A stretch of 64,000 bases of DNA from Mytilus trossulus (GCF_036588685.1 NC_086386.1:48608001-48672000), one strand, 5' to 3'. Positions 1 to 14,488 are shown, counted from the first letter of the stretch. Notes: generated by a model from the letters alone, not told the origin. Numbers and translations: made by a program.

Positions 1-2800
1 TCGAAAATTAGTTATATGTAACATTGAGAATAATTGTCATGTAAGTGGAAGGTTTAACTAGTTTTAAACCTAGTTTTCTGCGGGAAATGTCTGTATCAAG
101 TCAGGATTATGGTAAAAAAAAAAACGTTTGTTTTTGCAGTTTTTATTGAAGTCAACTTCTTTGTGGACTTATGAGAGACCATAGCTTTGTTAACTTTCAT
201 TATATACGCCACTCCCTTCTAACGTTTTGGATCGATTGAAACATTCACCTCTGTGTTCTTTATTAAACTGTGACTGATCATTAAGAAAATCGCCCTTTTG
301 AACAATTAAGAGCTCATATGCATGACATTTTGCTGAGTAGTATATGGCTTAGTAAAAATGTCTTGCATAACTCATCTTAAAATATTGATTATTATAAGGT
401 TAGCACTTATATGTAATTTTTTTTAATAATGGCATCGTTAGGTTCAGCTACAAAAAATGTTAAACATCCTTCAGTTTAAATACATGCATATTGAATATCA
501 GCCTGTAAATCACAAATGTCTCAAAATTTCCTATAAAAAGAAAAAGTCTATTGCCTATGTATTTGCTAAACTCATAATGTTAAAATTTAAAACTTGTCAC
601 AAAGTACTTGACATTAACTGTTACACGACTCTATAAATATACATGGTCGGTTTATTGTCGCTTTGACACATTCCCCATTTCCTTTCTCAATTTTATTAAT
701 ACAGAAATAAGGCCTAAGATGACATGATAGCCAACGGGACAATTGTCCAATAGTTCAAATGACGTGGACATAAGCAAAAAGTGTATGTTGCACACGGCCT
801 TCAACTATGTGAACAACCGTAACCGTATAGTCTGCTGAAAAAGACTTTGAAATGAAAAATGCAAAATAATTCAATCGAGAAAACTAACGGCAAAATCTAG
901 AACAATCCAATTTACGAATGGTAACATGACAGACTTGAATCAAATGATGAACAATTAATGTTCGCAAAGACATAAGTATCAACCAATACACATCAAAGAG
1001 ATTTAAGATGAAGACGTAACAAAAAACATGAACAAAGCATCGCTTTGGTCAATGCCAAGATATAAGTAAACATGCGAACTTATTACTGTTCATATATATT
1101 TGGTTATTTTTGCAAAGTTGATAACCTTTAGGAATGCATCTAGTTGTTAATGTCTGTGTCATTTTGGTCTCTTGTGGACAGTTGTCTCATTTGCAATCAT
1201 ACCACATCTTCTTTTTATATCTATTCAAATGATCAATTCGTTTACATGGATCGTATCTAAATTTAAGGACTCTACGAATAAGATCACTCAACAAATTACG
1301 ATTGTGTATCTCGTTTTAGTAAGAAATATACAGGTACAGACAATTCAAAGGTTTTTTTTTATTATACATTTGTATTATGATAGAATTTAGTAAGTTTAAA
1401 TTGATTTGTAGTAACGAAATCACAAAGTTTATTTGTTTACCAGTTATACGTGAATAACGTTCATTAAAATCTAAAACGTCAACTTGTGAAATATATACAC
1501 CTCAAGTGGGACAAGCGATTTTTCAATGAAACATTTATTTAAAAGAGAGAACGTCTCTTTGATTTCGTGGTTGGAAGTGTGGTATATAGAGTAGAAAAGT
1601 GCTATCTGTCGACCAAATAGAAAGAATCATAAAAAGCACGTAATTTATCTAAATCATACAAAATTATGGTTAACTTCAGGGGTTTATAATTTGGTGCTGG
1701 ATTTAGAAATAGGCAATGCAATTATTTGAACCTTAAAATATACACACGAAGCTATGCTATAATGAATTTTAATAAAGATGGAAAGATTTTCTGATAATAA
1801 CTCTGCTGATAAATAAATTCCAAGGAAAGTAACCGGTTTTTTTTATATAAATATTTCAAAACTACACAACAGAAATAAATTAAAATGGAAACTTTATTCA
1901 ACCCCACAGAGTCATTTTGTCTGCCTTTAACAATCAAAGTTATCTGGATCAAACGTTATTCGTTGGTGCTGTTAGTCTTTGTTTGTATGTCATTTTTACA
2001 GCCTGAGGGGTTAGATGTGCGGCAGCCTATTGTATGGTCAAATGTATTTAGTTATTCATATAAGTTGTGTTGCCTCTTTAGTTAAGTTTTAACAAACTAG
2101 TATATTAAGTTTACTTTCTTCTAAATCAAAAAGGTTTGGTATGATTTTCAATGAAACATCTATCTACCAGAGTCTTGAATGTCTTGGATTAAAACAACTA
2201 TATCACAATCACTTCTTTGAATTTCATTGTAAATGTATTTGTACAATGAAATATTGTGCTGTTTACGTAAAAACTATTCTGACATAACTATGTAAACAAA
2301 TTTTTTTTTAACTTCATTTTATTTTGAATCTAAACCATTAAAAACAACGTCTTTGATACTCTAGCAACACTTCTACGGAAAATGCGAGTTAACAAATTCT
2401 TAGAATAAAATGATGATAGAATTGTGGTATATTTTTGAATGACAGGGGATTTATAATCTTTTTTTGGAAAAGAATAAAGTGTGAATTTCAACATTTATAT
2501 ATATAAATATTAAGACGGAAAGAAAGTCGTCTTTTTTCAATCTTCATTACAAATTCATATTTAGTTTTTATTTTTCCACGATAAAATGTAAACCTTATAG
2601 ATGCAAATCTTTTGTGTAAGAGCAGTGACGCGTCATCTTCTGAACAAGAATCTCCAAACACGATTATATTTTATTAATATTTATGACACAACAAAACCAT
2701 TTATGACAAAAATGCAAAAATACGTTTATTAAGACAAAAAACATTCTATAACTGTTACAATGCAATATAGATAAAAGGAGAATGTTAAGAACCACTTTAC

Positions 2801-2861
2801 CTGATGCAGTTATCTCTTTGATGGCAATGGAACATGCAAGAACTAAAATCCAAAGGACCAT
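2801..2861 (-). CDS. First coding exon (signal peptide) of a secreted or membrane protein gene; remaining exons not identified
   Basis: ATG at 2861 gives MVLWILVLACSIAIKEITAS, then a phase-1 donor CAG|gtaaag at 2800. Hydrophobic core with small residues at the likely cleavage site. TATA-like TATATTTA about 70 bp upstream on the minus strand. Confidence 0.6.
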
Positions 2862-3984
2862 AGTGACCTCGTCAGGTCTTTCTCAACAATAGAAGGGATA
2901 TTTAGCCATAATCAATTACATTTCTGTAAATATATTTGGTGGCAATATGTCCCACCTGTTGTTCTTTTAATTACACGTGCTTACACATTGTAATCAAAGA
3001 TCTAACGTGTACAGACTGCTCAATTGACTTCATCTTTACGCTGATAAAACACAAATTTATTAAACGAAATTCGAATCGATTTACAAAACATGGAAAGTAG
3101 AAGTTAATGAATTTCCACAAAAGGAAAATACATCTTCCTTATTGATAAAGGAGTTTATTTTTACATATACATCGTATAAGTAATATATGTTAATTGTAAA
3201 TATACACGCTTGCACCATATAACTCCATATGCAATATGACAGATAGGTACTTTTGAATGATATATTCTTGTTGTTAAAAGCGCAAAATTACATTGTTGGA
3301 TACGTGTTTCTGTAGTACTCTATGAAACAAAAATGGAGTACAATCCTTCACGACAGGAAAACACTACAGGACATTTAAGACAGAATCTTCTGGGCATATA
3401 TTATAGAGAGATCGGGAATCTAGGGTTAATAGTATTATTAGTTTTTAACGAACCAAAACGTAATACAATGCACATGACACATGTTTTCTTCATGTTATAT
3501 AACATAATGATGTAATAATGGTAAAATAAACGTAAAAGCACTACTTCAGTGCTCGTTCCATGTGTTTCGTGCATTAATTCCATTTAGTACATTCGGTTCA
3601 AATAGTATGAGAATCCAAATTTATACATCGGATCGTAAAATTCATTGATAAAAAAAGAATAACCATAAAAATCCATGACACTTAAACTTTGACTAATTGT
3701 TTTGCAGTCTAGGGTGTAAGTATTTTGGAATTGTTCTAGTTGAAAAAGCTTCTAACAATATTATTGCCACGAATCATCATAACGTTCACCACCTACTGGG
3801 GAGGAATGGTACAAATACTGAAAAAATTTGCTCTAACATCATAACGCTGGACTTTTTTGTTGGTTTATATTAGCCATTTCTAGAAAACCTCTTTACAAAA
3901 AAAAGCTAGACAAATACGCACAGCCCATTTATAAATAGCATGACCATTAAGCAGAAAATAGAGATATGCACTTAACTTAGAAAG

Positions 3985-4467
3985 GATTGTGCCTGATGTT
4001 CATATGATGAAATCATAATCTTTCAGTCAGTTTAATTGAAGTCTGGAGCTGGCATGTCAGTTAACTGCTAGTAGTCTGTTGTTATTTATGTATTATTGTC
4101 ATTTTGTTTATTTTCTTTGGTTACATCTTCTGACATCAGACTCGGACTTCTCTTGAACTGAATTTTAATGTGCGTATTGTTATGCTTTTACTTTTCTACA
4201 CTGGTTAGAGGTATAGGGGGAGGGTTGAGATCTCACAAACATGTTTAACCCCGCCGCATTTTTGCGCCTGTCCCAAGTCAGGAGCCTCTGGCCTTTGTTA
4301 GTCTTGTATTATTTAAATTTTAGTTTCTTGTGTACAATTTGGAAATTAGTATGGCGTTCATTATCACTGAACTAGTATATATTTGTTTAGGGGCCAGCTG
4401 AAGGACGCCTCCGGGTGCGGGAATTTCTCGCTACATTGAAGACCTGTTGGTGACCTTCTGCTGTTGT

Positions 4468-4509
<42 letters not shown>

Positions 4510-4565
4510 TTTGGTCGGGTTGTTGTCTCTTTGACACATTCCCCATTTCCATTCTCAATTTTATT
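3985..4565. repeat. Interspersed repeat (family ending ttgacacattccccatttccattctcaatttt)
   Basis: The same terminal segment recurs at about 645-697, 27050-27170 (inverted), 59238-59340 and 63550-63610 (inverted). Confidence 0.75.
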
Positions 4566-6084
4566 AGAAAGCATGATCAAAAGGATACAGGTTTAAAGGC
4601 GTAAAAGGAATTTAATATGTCAAAGAAAAATTATCAGATGTTATAGCCAATGACATAAACCAATTTTTTTTCCGTTATAGTGAACAAAATGTATCTTACG
4701 ATAACATAAGTATTTATCTTATTATTTCCAATAACATAAGTATTTACCTGAATATATCCCAAATATGAAAACAATTAAGACAAGTGTTAATTATGGGTAA
4801 TGGATTGGTATCCCTTGTTGTAACATATTTATATTTCTGTAGTCTATACAATACCTAACCGTCTTTTGTACGAATAAATGTCACTGCAGCTTCAATTATA
4901 CAACAATACCAATGTGAACAAAGTATTTGTATTTACTTTTTTTAAATCGCAAGTAGTTGTCTGAAGAGATACTGCTGTTATACCTGTTATATTTAGTTTA
5001 AATGATTCATGTTCATATTCAGAATTATGATACAGTTTTATATTTATGTTTTCTTTTCAGTGCCCTTTTTTATCTAAATAATCATCTTAGAAGTGTTTTC
5101 TTATTTCAAAAACGTAAAATCAACTGTTATATGTGTTTTGCTTTAACGTGTTATATCGATATCTTCGATACCTCGTATATCGACACACCGGTATCCCATT
5201 CTAAAGTCAAACAATAATACTACTAATATTTTTTGTAAAGAATCCTTTATTTTTAATCTAAACTCGATTGCGCTCCTAATCAGTTGAATGTGTTTCATTA
5301 ATAAAACGTACAAAAAATATATTCTTGATTCATAATAATGTTGCTCATTGTTATGAAATGTTCCGTATCGCGCTTTTAAATTTGAAAATGAATCTGCATT
5401 ACCTGTTAAACATACAACGCATAGTCGTATGCATTGGGTGTTCTTATATATACTGTTAGATAAGTTGTAACATACCAATGTTACAGTTGCATTGATGGAT
5501 CTGGCAACTGGTCTATAAACCAGATATTCTTTTCAACTTATTAATATATATACATCAATCAGCATTTATAATTGGAACTATGATTACTTTGAGAGTACCA
5601 ACTCTAGTTGGTTTCAAGCAAGTGAGGGTTCCAAAATCCCTTAGATATATCTTGTGTTTCCAACTTCTCTTATGGCAATGGTTTATGCTTATAAGAGATG
5701 CTACGCACCAAAGAATATAAAGTACTAGTATTTAAAACTCGTCACTTCGGAAGTTAAAAAAATCCCTTGATGATCTGCTTGACCGTAATCGAATACCGTG
5801 TTACAGATTACCGCGGATATTTTTCATTTATTGCTATCAGAATCATGTCTTTAAGACATCCCAGAATTTAACTTATGATTTGATCTTTAACTTGTCTTGA
5901 GCAGCATGAGGAATTCCGCTAGTAGAACTATTTACCTGCGTTCACCCTGGATTTGTGTGGGGTATTTGTAGTTTAATTTTATCAGAAACGTAGATGTCAT
6001 TATGTGATATAAAACTATTCAGTCTACTTATAGAGATCTTCCGTTACTTTTGTTTTGTTCAGCCGTTTTTGTTGATGATTAATT

Positions 6085-6855
6085 TGATAAAATTAACTGT
6101 TTGCAATAGCATAATTTGTTCTAAATAATGAGGATGTTCTTATCCCAAGCAGAAAAACATAGCCGTATTTGACACAACCTTTTTCAACTTTTGATATTCA
6201 GTGCTGTACAACTTTTTCACTTTCGATCTTTTATATCTGGGCGTCACTGGTGAGTCTTGTGTGGACGAGGCGCAATTTTGGCGTATTGAATTTGAGACCT
6301 GATGCCTTTTGTTATCTTTTAATCATGTATTTCTTTGTCCAAAACGTTCTCCTATTTATATGTATTGTTGTCCTGTAATATTATGTTGTCATTTCAATTT
6401 TATATTATATAACATTGCCATTAAGGAGCGAGATTTGACATGCCACAAAATCAGGTTCAACCCACCATTTTTTCTATAAAAATGTCCTGTACCAAGTCAG
6501 GAATATGACCATTGTTATATTGTAGTTCGTTTCTGTGTGTGTTACATTTTAACGTTGAGTCGTTTGTTTTTTTTCTTATTATTTTTGAGTGTAAATTCAC
6601 ATTGCGATAAGACTTGTAACGGTACTTGTCTATCCCAAATTCATGTATTTGGTTTTGATGTTATATTTGTTATTCTCGTGGGATTTTGTCTGATGGTTGG
6701 TCCGTTTCTGTGTGTGTTACTTTTAAGCGTTGTGTCGTTGTGTTCCTCTTATATTTAATGCGATTCCCTCGGTTTTAGTTTGTTACCCCGTTCTTGTTTT
6801 TTGTCCATGGATTTATGAGTTTTGAACAGCGGTATACTACTGTTGCCTTTATTTG
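6085..6855 (+). mobile_element. Composite non-autonomous repeat: degenerate hammerhead (retrozyme) segment plus a Penelope-like 3' segment
   Basis: 6241-6285 is a mutated hammerhead (CTGGTGA...GAGG). 6585-6695 aligns by eye with 22715-22822 downstream of the Penelope RT. A similar composite lies at 23630-24262. Confidence 0.65.
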
Positions 6856-7417
6856 TGCCCGTATGTATTTTTCTTTAGTGGAAGTATTCAGTGTCCTTTC
6901 GTCGTTACTATACAGATTGCTCTACCGATCTTTTAATTTTCATAATAATTATTGATAGTGAGATTTTTTTTGTATTTTGATCAGTTAAAATATTTTCGCT
7001 AAAAGATCAGTGATTAGTGCTCCTCGTATAATATAAATTGAAGGTGAACGAAATTTCAGGATATTACTCATATATTGTGACGTAACAATTGACTCACTTA
7101 TCATAACGTTTTGCTTGTTATAAAGAAATTAATTAAGTTTGGGCATTTTGTTTACAAAAAAAGACAGATATGATAGTGAAGGCACATTGTTTAGCTTCTA
7201 CAGCAGCTTGGTGAATACTTGCATCACTATTGAACATGAAATACTACACAAACAAGAGGAGTACACTACATCTGATCTACACTAGTTAACACATTTTAGT
7301 CTGTTTAGTCCGAAACGAACATTTTGATCTGAAAATTCTTTGAAAAGTTTGAAACATTAATCTGTAAATGGAGATTAGTCTTTCAAACAGTTTTTAGATT
7401 ACTTGACTTTAATTTAA

Positions 7418-7846
7418 GGGGGTTCGCGGGTCTAAATATTTTTTTCGTCTATCTAATATAGGATTTCGCTATACTTTTCTATAAATGAACTTTATCTTAT
7501 ACTTAATAGAAAAATGAAATAATTTACGCTCACAATTTTTGTAAAAGTACTTATTTTCTGTTGAACTGATAGGAGAAAAAGAGGTAATATCTAAATTAAA
7601 AAAGAACTAAATAACAGAAATCGCTAAAATTTTACAATTATTTAGTTGATGTACAGTTTATTCGAAAACAACAATAAAAAAAATAGAGGTCACTGATGAG
7701 TTAGAAAAATGTCTTCGATTTCAATGCCAAAAAATGACATTTTTGCACCAAAAGGAGATAACTTCTAAAGTTAAGTAATAAAATTTGTAATGAAAAATAA
7801 ATGCTTCATTTTTTTCAAAAAAAAAATATTTTACCCGCAAGCCTCC
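7418..7846. mobile_element. Non-autonomous TIR DNA transposon, TTAA-target type (Kolobok/piggyBac-like)
   Basis: ttaa|gggggttcgcgggtctaaat ... attttacccgcaagcctcc|ttca; imperfect TIRs. Confidence 0.45.
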
Positions 7847-8477
7847 TTCAATAAATTAAGTGCTGAAAAGATAACTTGCTTGCACTGAAGTCCGTGTCGT
7901 TCAGTAGCTTTTCAGACAGTACAGTACATGTATCTTGTTGCTCTATATCGGCAAATAACAACTACTAAAAGTTTAAACACATTGACCGCAAGTGAATTGT
8001 CAAACCGGTATTGACCTACCAGAGTAGACAAGTTAACTTAAAAACTAAAAATTGCCAGATATTTACTCAGGCATATTATTTTTATCGTTAAAAGAACTGT
8101 TCAGATAAAAGATAACAACTTTTTTTAACTTCAATATGTTTACCAGTATCTTTTTGTTGTGAATGATTAAACCTCTGTGGTATAGCTATATTTTTATGTT
8201 TTATGTTAATTAAGATTTTATGTTATTAGAATATATACTGGATATATTCTATTTTTATTTATTATAAAATGTAGTCTTGCTTCCCATGTATTTAAATCAA
8301 CACAAACACGTTGATAGGTTCTTTATTTCATCAGAATTGATGTTAATATCTAAAAAAATGACCCTGAAATAATAACAATATAATTCTTATACAATTTAAT
8401 AAGTAGTAATTATAAATTACTATAAAATAAATATATATCTATATGCATAGAAGAAAACTGTAGATTTCCTCTCCAGG

Positions 8478-8650
8478 ACAAATATGTCGTTGTTTCAGCA
8501 GATAAAACCTACAAAAATACTGTCTTCGTATGCGAAAACTGTTATTTGCAATGTCTCACAAATTAACTCGGAATAAACAGCACAACTAGTTAGCATACCT
8601 TTTCATTAACATTGTAACAAAGGATGAAATTTTAAAAAATCACAATTTTT
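8478..8650 (+). pseudogene. Penelope-like element fragment (N-terminal part of the RT region)
   Basis: Reads DKYVVVSADKTYKNTVFVCENCYLQCLT, homologous to EKYVVVPADKASNNIDFICKNHYLQCPT at about 19920. Confidence 0.7.
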
Positions 8651-8659
8651 ATAAAACTT

Positions 8660-9385
8660 ATTAAAGGTGCCAGGCTTTAATTTGATACGCTAAACGCGCG
8701 TTTCGTCTATATAAGACCCATGTGTGACTCTCAGATCAAAATAGTTAGAAAGCAAAATAAGTTGAAGAACATTGAGCTAAGGACACAGGCACTTGTCTCA
8801 GAAAAATAATTTCCTATATACCTTATTATAACACAAGGTACTTAACTTGCATTTTAGAAAAATGTTAGGTGTTGACGAAGTTCCGTTATATGTCGCTTTA
8901 TAGGCTGTCAACCCCACTAAAGCTTGTTACATCGTAAATCTAAATTGATTTATCTATATAATGGTGTATAACATGCCTACATTTGTTTTCGGAATCATCC
9001 GTAGCAATCCTACCAAAGTATGTCAATCGTAATAATTTTGCAAACCGCTGAAGAATTTCTAAAATGCAAGTTAAGTACCTTGTGTTATAATAAGGTATAT
9101 AGGAATTTTTTTTTTCTGAGACAAGTGCCTGTGGCTGAGGACCCAAAATTCCAAAATGTTGTGCCAAATATGGCTGGGGTAATATATGCCTAGGATAATT
9201 TTTCAGAGAATTCCGATTAATTCATACTTTTGCAATCAGTTAATTTATTAAAATTATAACTGATATTCATGTCAACACCGAAGTGTTGAATACTGAACTG
9301 GCAGTACCATCGGGGACGAAACGTCTACCAGCAGCGGCATCGATCCAGTGATGTGAATTGTTATCAAAGATACCAGGCTTATAGT
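8660..9385 (-). mobile_element. Retrozyme-family repeat (inverted), degenerate hammerhead, interrupted by a MITE
   Basis: Reverse complement matches 18060-18480. The hammerhead at about 8686-8730 has CACATGG in place of CTGATGA. Confidence 0.7.
8784..9133. mobile_element. MITE with about 75-bp TIRs (CACAGG...CCTGTG) and 8-bp TSD; P-element-like or hAT-like
   Basis: TIR cacaggcacttgtctcagaaaaa...ccttattataacacaaggtacttaacttgcattttagaaa is mirrored at the right end. TSD gctaagga (8776-8783) / gctgagga (9134-9141). Confidence 0.85.
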
Positions 9386-10209
9386 TCAGTATTGTTCTAT
9401 GATAATATTTTGTGATCTTGTCTTTCATTTTTCTATAATTAATATTAATTATATCATTTTTTTATATACATATGACGTAGCTCTGTACTTGTACATACTG
9501 TCATTGTTCTATGATAAAAAAAAAATCTTGTCTTTCATGTTTTTCTATGTGCATTGTCTACTAGTATATGCCTTTTATTTTTCTTTGATACATATGACAT
9601 TGCTCTGTGCTTATACATCCCGTCATTATGTTATTGTACTACTGTACATTTTAGTATTCTTGTCTTTCATTTTTATTAATGTGCTTTGTGTCTATTTTTG
9701 TGTTTCTTTCTTACATATTTGATTGTTTTATAGATTAAGATTATAACACAATGTTGACTAATATATCCCTATTTTTTACATTTTTTTCCTATTATGTCTG
9801 TTTCTTTGATCACACATCGTTGCCAATATAATGGAATTTGATGCGACAAATTTAGCTAGCTATTAAACCAGGTTTAATCTAACCTTTTCTATATAAGAAA
9901 CCTGTACCAAGACATAAATATGACAGTTGTTTGATGTGTATGAGCTTTTGATTTTGCCATTTGATTAAGGACTTTCCGTTTTAAATTTTTCTCGGAATTT
10001 TAGTATTTTTGTAATTTTACTTTATTATAAGCCAAACGCTCGTTTCTTCTACATAAAAACTGCAGCTGCCGCCATTATACTTGATAACAAAACATATGAC
10101 ATGGCTCTGTGCTTATAATTAACCGAGTTACTTCGTATAAAGAACTTTACATAGCTGGATCAAATTTTGACTACTATTCTATGAACAGTAAACGATGACT
10201 TTCAAAGTA

Positions 10210-11080
10210 TTGTGATGAGATTATATTCAATCAGTGGTGTCAGTCAGATGCGGATTCTAAAAAAATATAATGATCTACTGCTAAATCTTAGATCACAATA
10301 CCTGCAATTTTGTAGTAACCTAAAGACCGTTGATTTTTATCCAACGCCTTTCACTAATATTCTCCATGCTCAATAATACAGAGCTTTCTCTAATACAAAT
10401 GGAGATCGTATATATAAGTTTGAAGATGATAATATCAAAATGCTAGACATTTTATTCAACAACTTATTTTTTGAGTCTGGAGGATTAATATTTCAACGGA
10501 CAGTCGGTATCCCAATGTGTACTTATTGCGCACACCTTCTGGTCCACTTGTTTTTGTACTCTTATGAAGCAGAATTCCTTCAGATCCTTTTTAAGACAAA
10601 AATAAAAAGCACCATGCAACATTCTTTAATTTTTATATATTGATGATGTCCTTTCACTGAATAACCCGTATTTGAGTCAGTATTTTTATATTTTTTTTTA
10701 TATTCTACATCTCATATATCTCAGTGAGCTTGAAATTAAGATACCACTGATACAAAAAGGACTGCTTCATACCTTGATACTAGTTACTGTATTATCCTAA
10801 ATATTAACACCGATTAACGACTCCACACTTATTTCTTTGACAAACGGGATGATTTCAACTTCTCAGTTATAAATTTCCCATTTCTCAGCAGTAACATACT
10901 CTCGGCTCCGTCGTAAGGTGTTTACATATCTAAATAATACGTTAATGATATTTTTATCACGGTTTAGATTGTGGTTTAACATCTATGTCGTATGTCTGAT
11001 AAGTACAAAGATACTGAACAAAACTGGTATACAACCGAGTGTGAATTTGCATTGCTAAACGATGTGTCGCAGTATTTCGT
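10210..11080 (+). pseudogene. Decayed Penelope-like RT fragment with 3' region
   Basis: MLDILFNNLFFESGGLIFQRTVGIPMCTYCAHLLVHLFLYSYEAEF, then YIDD-like atatattgatgatgtc and DKRDDFNF; paralogous to 20560-21300. Confidence 0.8.
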
Positions 11081-11293
11081 ACAGCCAACAGTCATGTGGT
11101 TATTTTGTAGGTTTCTGTTATGGTTTTGGTTGGATCGTGTATTACGTCTCGTCGTATGTAGTACAAATAATTATAAAATTGTCTTTCAAAACCATTATTG
11201 TGAGAAAAAAATGTTTGTACTGATATTGTGAAAAAAAATGTATAAAGTTTGAGATTGCATGCCCGTTACATAATTGTGTTACTGTTTGTGATA

Positions 11294-12014
11294 CTGTGAA
11301 AATACTTTAATTCGTGGGGTACCAATTTTCGAGGTTTTCGTGGATGACTTTGTCCACGAATTAAGTGTCCAAGCAAGAAACAAGACATGGAAAAATCCCC
11401 ATGAAGGTTTGACTTCTGATATGATCTAGAGAATATATTGAATAACCTCGAATCTGAGAATACTTTAAAAGCAGACACAGAACTACAACTGCATGAAGGA
11501 TTATACCCATGTAATCTTTAATAACCTAAACTGTACAACTTTTGATCTATATTTTTGATTAAAGTCAGATTTCCGGTATTTATATGCTAGTATGATATTG
11601 TGTTCATTTTATATCCTTAGTTCTCGTACATATGGGAAATAATAATTTCATGCTGGGCTTGAGTTTGATAAGAACTGTTTGACAATTCAAGATATGTTTA
11701 TAGCATTTGTTTATGATACTAATTTCTTCATGTGACATGTTTATAGCCTAATTAACACCTTTGATGGTCCTTAATCTGTTGAGCACATTGGCTTGGGTTA
11801 ATTAGTGTTGTCACGACGATTTACACTTACACGGGTCAATGTTTACTTTGCAATTACCTTCAATCCAGACTATTTGTAACATTCATTTCTAAAGGCTTTA
11901 ATTTTTTCAATAATTTAAAAAAAAAAAAAAATCCACGAATTTAAAGACCCACGAATATGTAATTATTGCTCAAACCACGAAAATTGATACCCAAGAATTA
12001 AAGTACTTTCACAG
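11294..12014. mobile_element. Tc1/mariner-type MITE with TA TSD
   Basis: ta|ctgtgaaaatactttaattcgtggggtaccaattttcg ... cgaaaattgatacccaagaattaaagtactttcacag|ta. Confidence 0.7.
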
Positions 12015-13616
12015 TATCCTGTGATGTCTGTTGATGATGGAAGATGTTCGTTGTTGTTTGTGGGTTGCAAGTTGTGTCGACTGTCAGAAAATTTGAATGT
12101 GCGTTTCTCTCTGGTGAGTGGTCTTGTGTGTGTTGTCATATAAGCAGGAGTTTTGGTTATTAAAAAAATCCATTTTTAACCCACCATTTTTCATTTAAAT
12201 GTCCTGTACCAAATCAGGAATTTAACAGTTGCTATCAGATAGTTCGCTTCTATTATGTTGGCTTTTGTTTTTGTTGAACTTCTGTGTTCCTGTGTTGTTT
12301 TCCTATTATAGTTGATGGGTTTCTGTCGGTTTAATACATCAAGGATTTGTAATCAACGTAAAAAAAAATACCACAGCGGAATTATTTCAGTATGTATGCA
12401 TGCATTGATTCAACATTTCCCTAAACATTATAATCACAATAAATTCGCTTTTTATGTGACCTTAAAGTGCGTTGTTTCATCATACATCAACGCGCAATCT
12501 TAATGTTTAATTAGAATTTAACCCTTTGCACATTTGCCATCATTAACACATAAAGTTTCGGATAAAAGTCAAAATCAAACGAAATAGAGCAAAATGTCAA
12601 TCATTATTCAGTCACATACCAAAGGCATAACATAATTCCGATGAACTTTAAAACACCTGTTACGATAGTTATCAAACAGAATTCGCTGAAATTAATAAGT
12701 ATTTATATTGATGATAAAAAGATTGAGTACCAAGGTAAATTCAAAATAGGAAGTCCACAAAACAGACAAAACCAACCGCTCGACAATTATCAACATTTTT
12801 TATGTGTTACATATTTGTTTTACGTTAAATTTTTGTACATAAAGAAGGGCGTTAGTTTTCTTGTTTTACGTTTCTCATTCCGGGGTCTTTTATAGCTGAC
12901 TATGCGATATGGGCTTTGCTCATTGTTGGAGGCCGTGATTTGCCTCCTCTTAAAATTACGTAACAGTAAAGCGATTTTCTTAGTTCCTGAATTCATAAAG
13001 TGCACCGAACCAAAAGAAAAAACGGACCAAATTGAATAAATCTCAAACAAACCCAGACTGGGTAATGATCATTATAGTATGCATTTCCTGCTATGAACGT
13101 CAATACCTTGTGAAAAGACACTGTAGGGTAAGGGATTTAATCTGTTAATTTAACTACTTTTCTTCTGCCGTCTTGAGATTCGTGGCAACAAAACATTCTC
13201 TCGTGATCCAAATACATCGACACGGTGGACTAAATTATGACCTCGAAATTAAACATGATAATTTCAAGCGGTTCATAATACAAGTTGGTGTTCGATTTTT
13301 TTTTTTTTTTTGGAGAATCATAACAACTGACAATGGATGGTGCACATATGTTTTGTCGTAAGTAGTCTACTGTCCTTTAAAAGAATGACAAGATACCAGA
13401 GGGATAATAAAACTCGTACGTCGAAATTGAACAGACAACGCAATGGCTAAAAATGAAAAGACCAATAGACAAACCATATTACACAAATTACAACACAAAA
13501 ACTAAAGACTGAGCGACACGAACCCCGCCAAAACCTTTACATTCATTCAAAATAACAAAAGAACGACTGTGACCAAAACAATTACCGTAATCCATTCGTT
13601 CAACAGGACAAGTATA

Positions 13617-14298
13617 ATATAATCTATTGATCCAAGAGGACGAGAGCAAGATAATCTTTTGATCCAAGAGAACGTGCAAGAGGAATACAATAAACGGATC
13701 CAAGAGGACGAGAGGAATATAATCTATTTATCCAAGAGGACCAGAGCATTATAATTTTTTGATCCAAGAGAACAAGAGGAATATCATATATGGAGACAAG
13801 AGAACAAGAGGAATATTATGTATGGATCCAAGAGAACAAGAGAACAAGAGGAATATTATATACGGATCCAAGAGAACAAGAGGAAAATTATATATGGATC
13901 CAAGAGGACAAGAGGAATATAATCTATTGATTCAAGAGGACGAATAAAATAATCTATTGATCCAAGAGAACAAGAGAACAAGAGGAATATTATATATATG
14001 GATCCAATATAACAAGAGAACAAGAGGAATATTATATATGGACCCAGGAGAACAAGAGGAAAATTATATATGGATCCAAGAGGACAAGAGGAATATAATC
14101 TAATGATTCAAAAGGACGATTAAAATAACCTATTGATCCAAGAGAACAAGAGAACAAGAGGAATATGATATATTGATCCAATAGGACGAGATGAATATAA
14201 CCTATTGATCTAAGAAGACGCGTGTATTACAATCTATTGACATAAGAGGACGAAAAGCACATTATTTTTTTATCCAAGAGAACAAGAGGAATATTATA
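13617..14298. repeat. Minisatellite, about 31-32-bp unit (gatccaagagaacaagaggaatattatatatg), roughly 20 degenerate copies
   Basis: Recurring gatccaagag(g/a)ac motif with internal agaacaag duplications. Confidence 0.9.
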
Positions 14299-14488
14299 CC
14301 TCAGGCATAGATTACGTTAGAGGTATTTGGGAAAACTTTTAGGAATTTTGGTCTTCAATGCTCTTCTACTTCGTACTTAATTTGGCCTTTTTAACTTTCG
14401 AGCGTCACTGATGAGTCTTTTGTAGACGAAACGCGCGTCTGGCGTATATACAAAATTTAGTCCTGGTATCTATGAGGAGTTTATTTAT
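14299..14488 (+). mobile_element. Partial retrozyme-family repeat
   Basis: Matches 18297-18480. Confidence 0.75.
14402..14445 (+). ncRNA. Type I hammerhead ribozyme (minimal, palindromic stem III)
   Basis: Stem I gcgtca/tggcgt; CTGATGA 14408-14414; stem II gtct/agac; GAAA 14428-14431; cgcgcg; predicted cleavage after GTC at 14439. Confidence 0.85.

Noticed and set aside
2002-2045. Plus-strand exon after catttttacag
   Set aside because: Weak donor and no compatible neighbouring exons.
3985-4020. Hammerhead-like CTGATG...GAAATC motif
   Set aside because: Core is CTGATGT and there is no stem III; not supportable.
13759-13947. Repetitive ORF
   Set aside because: Translation of a minisatellite; no splice or start support.
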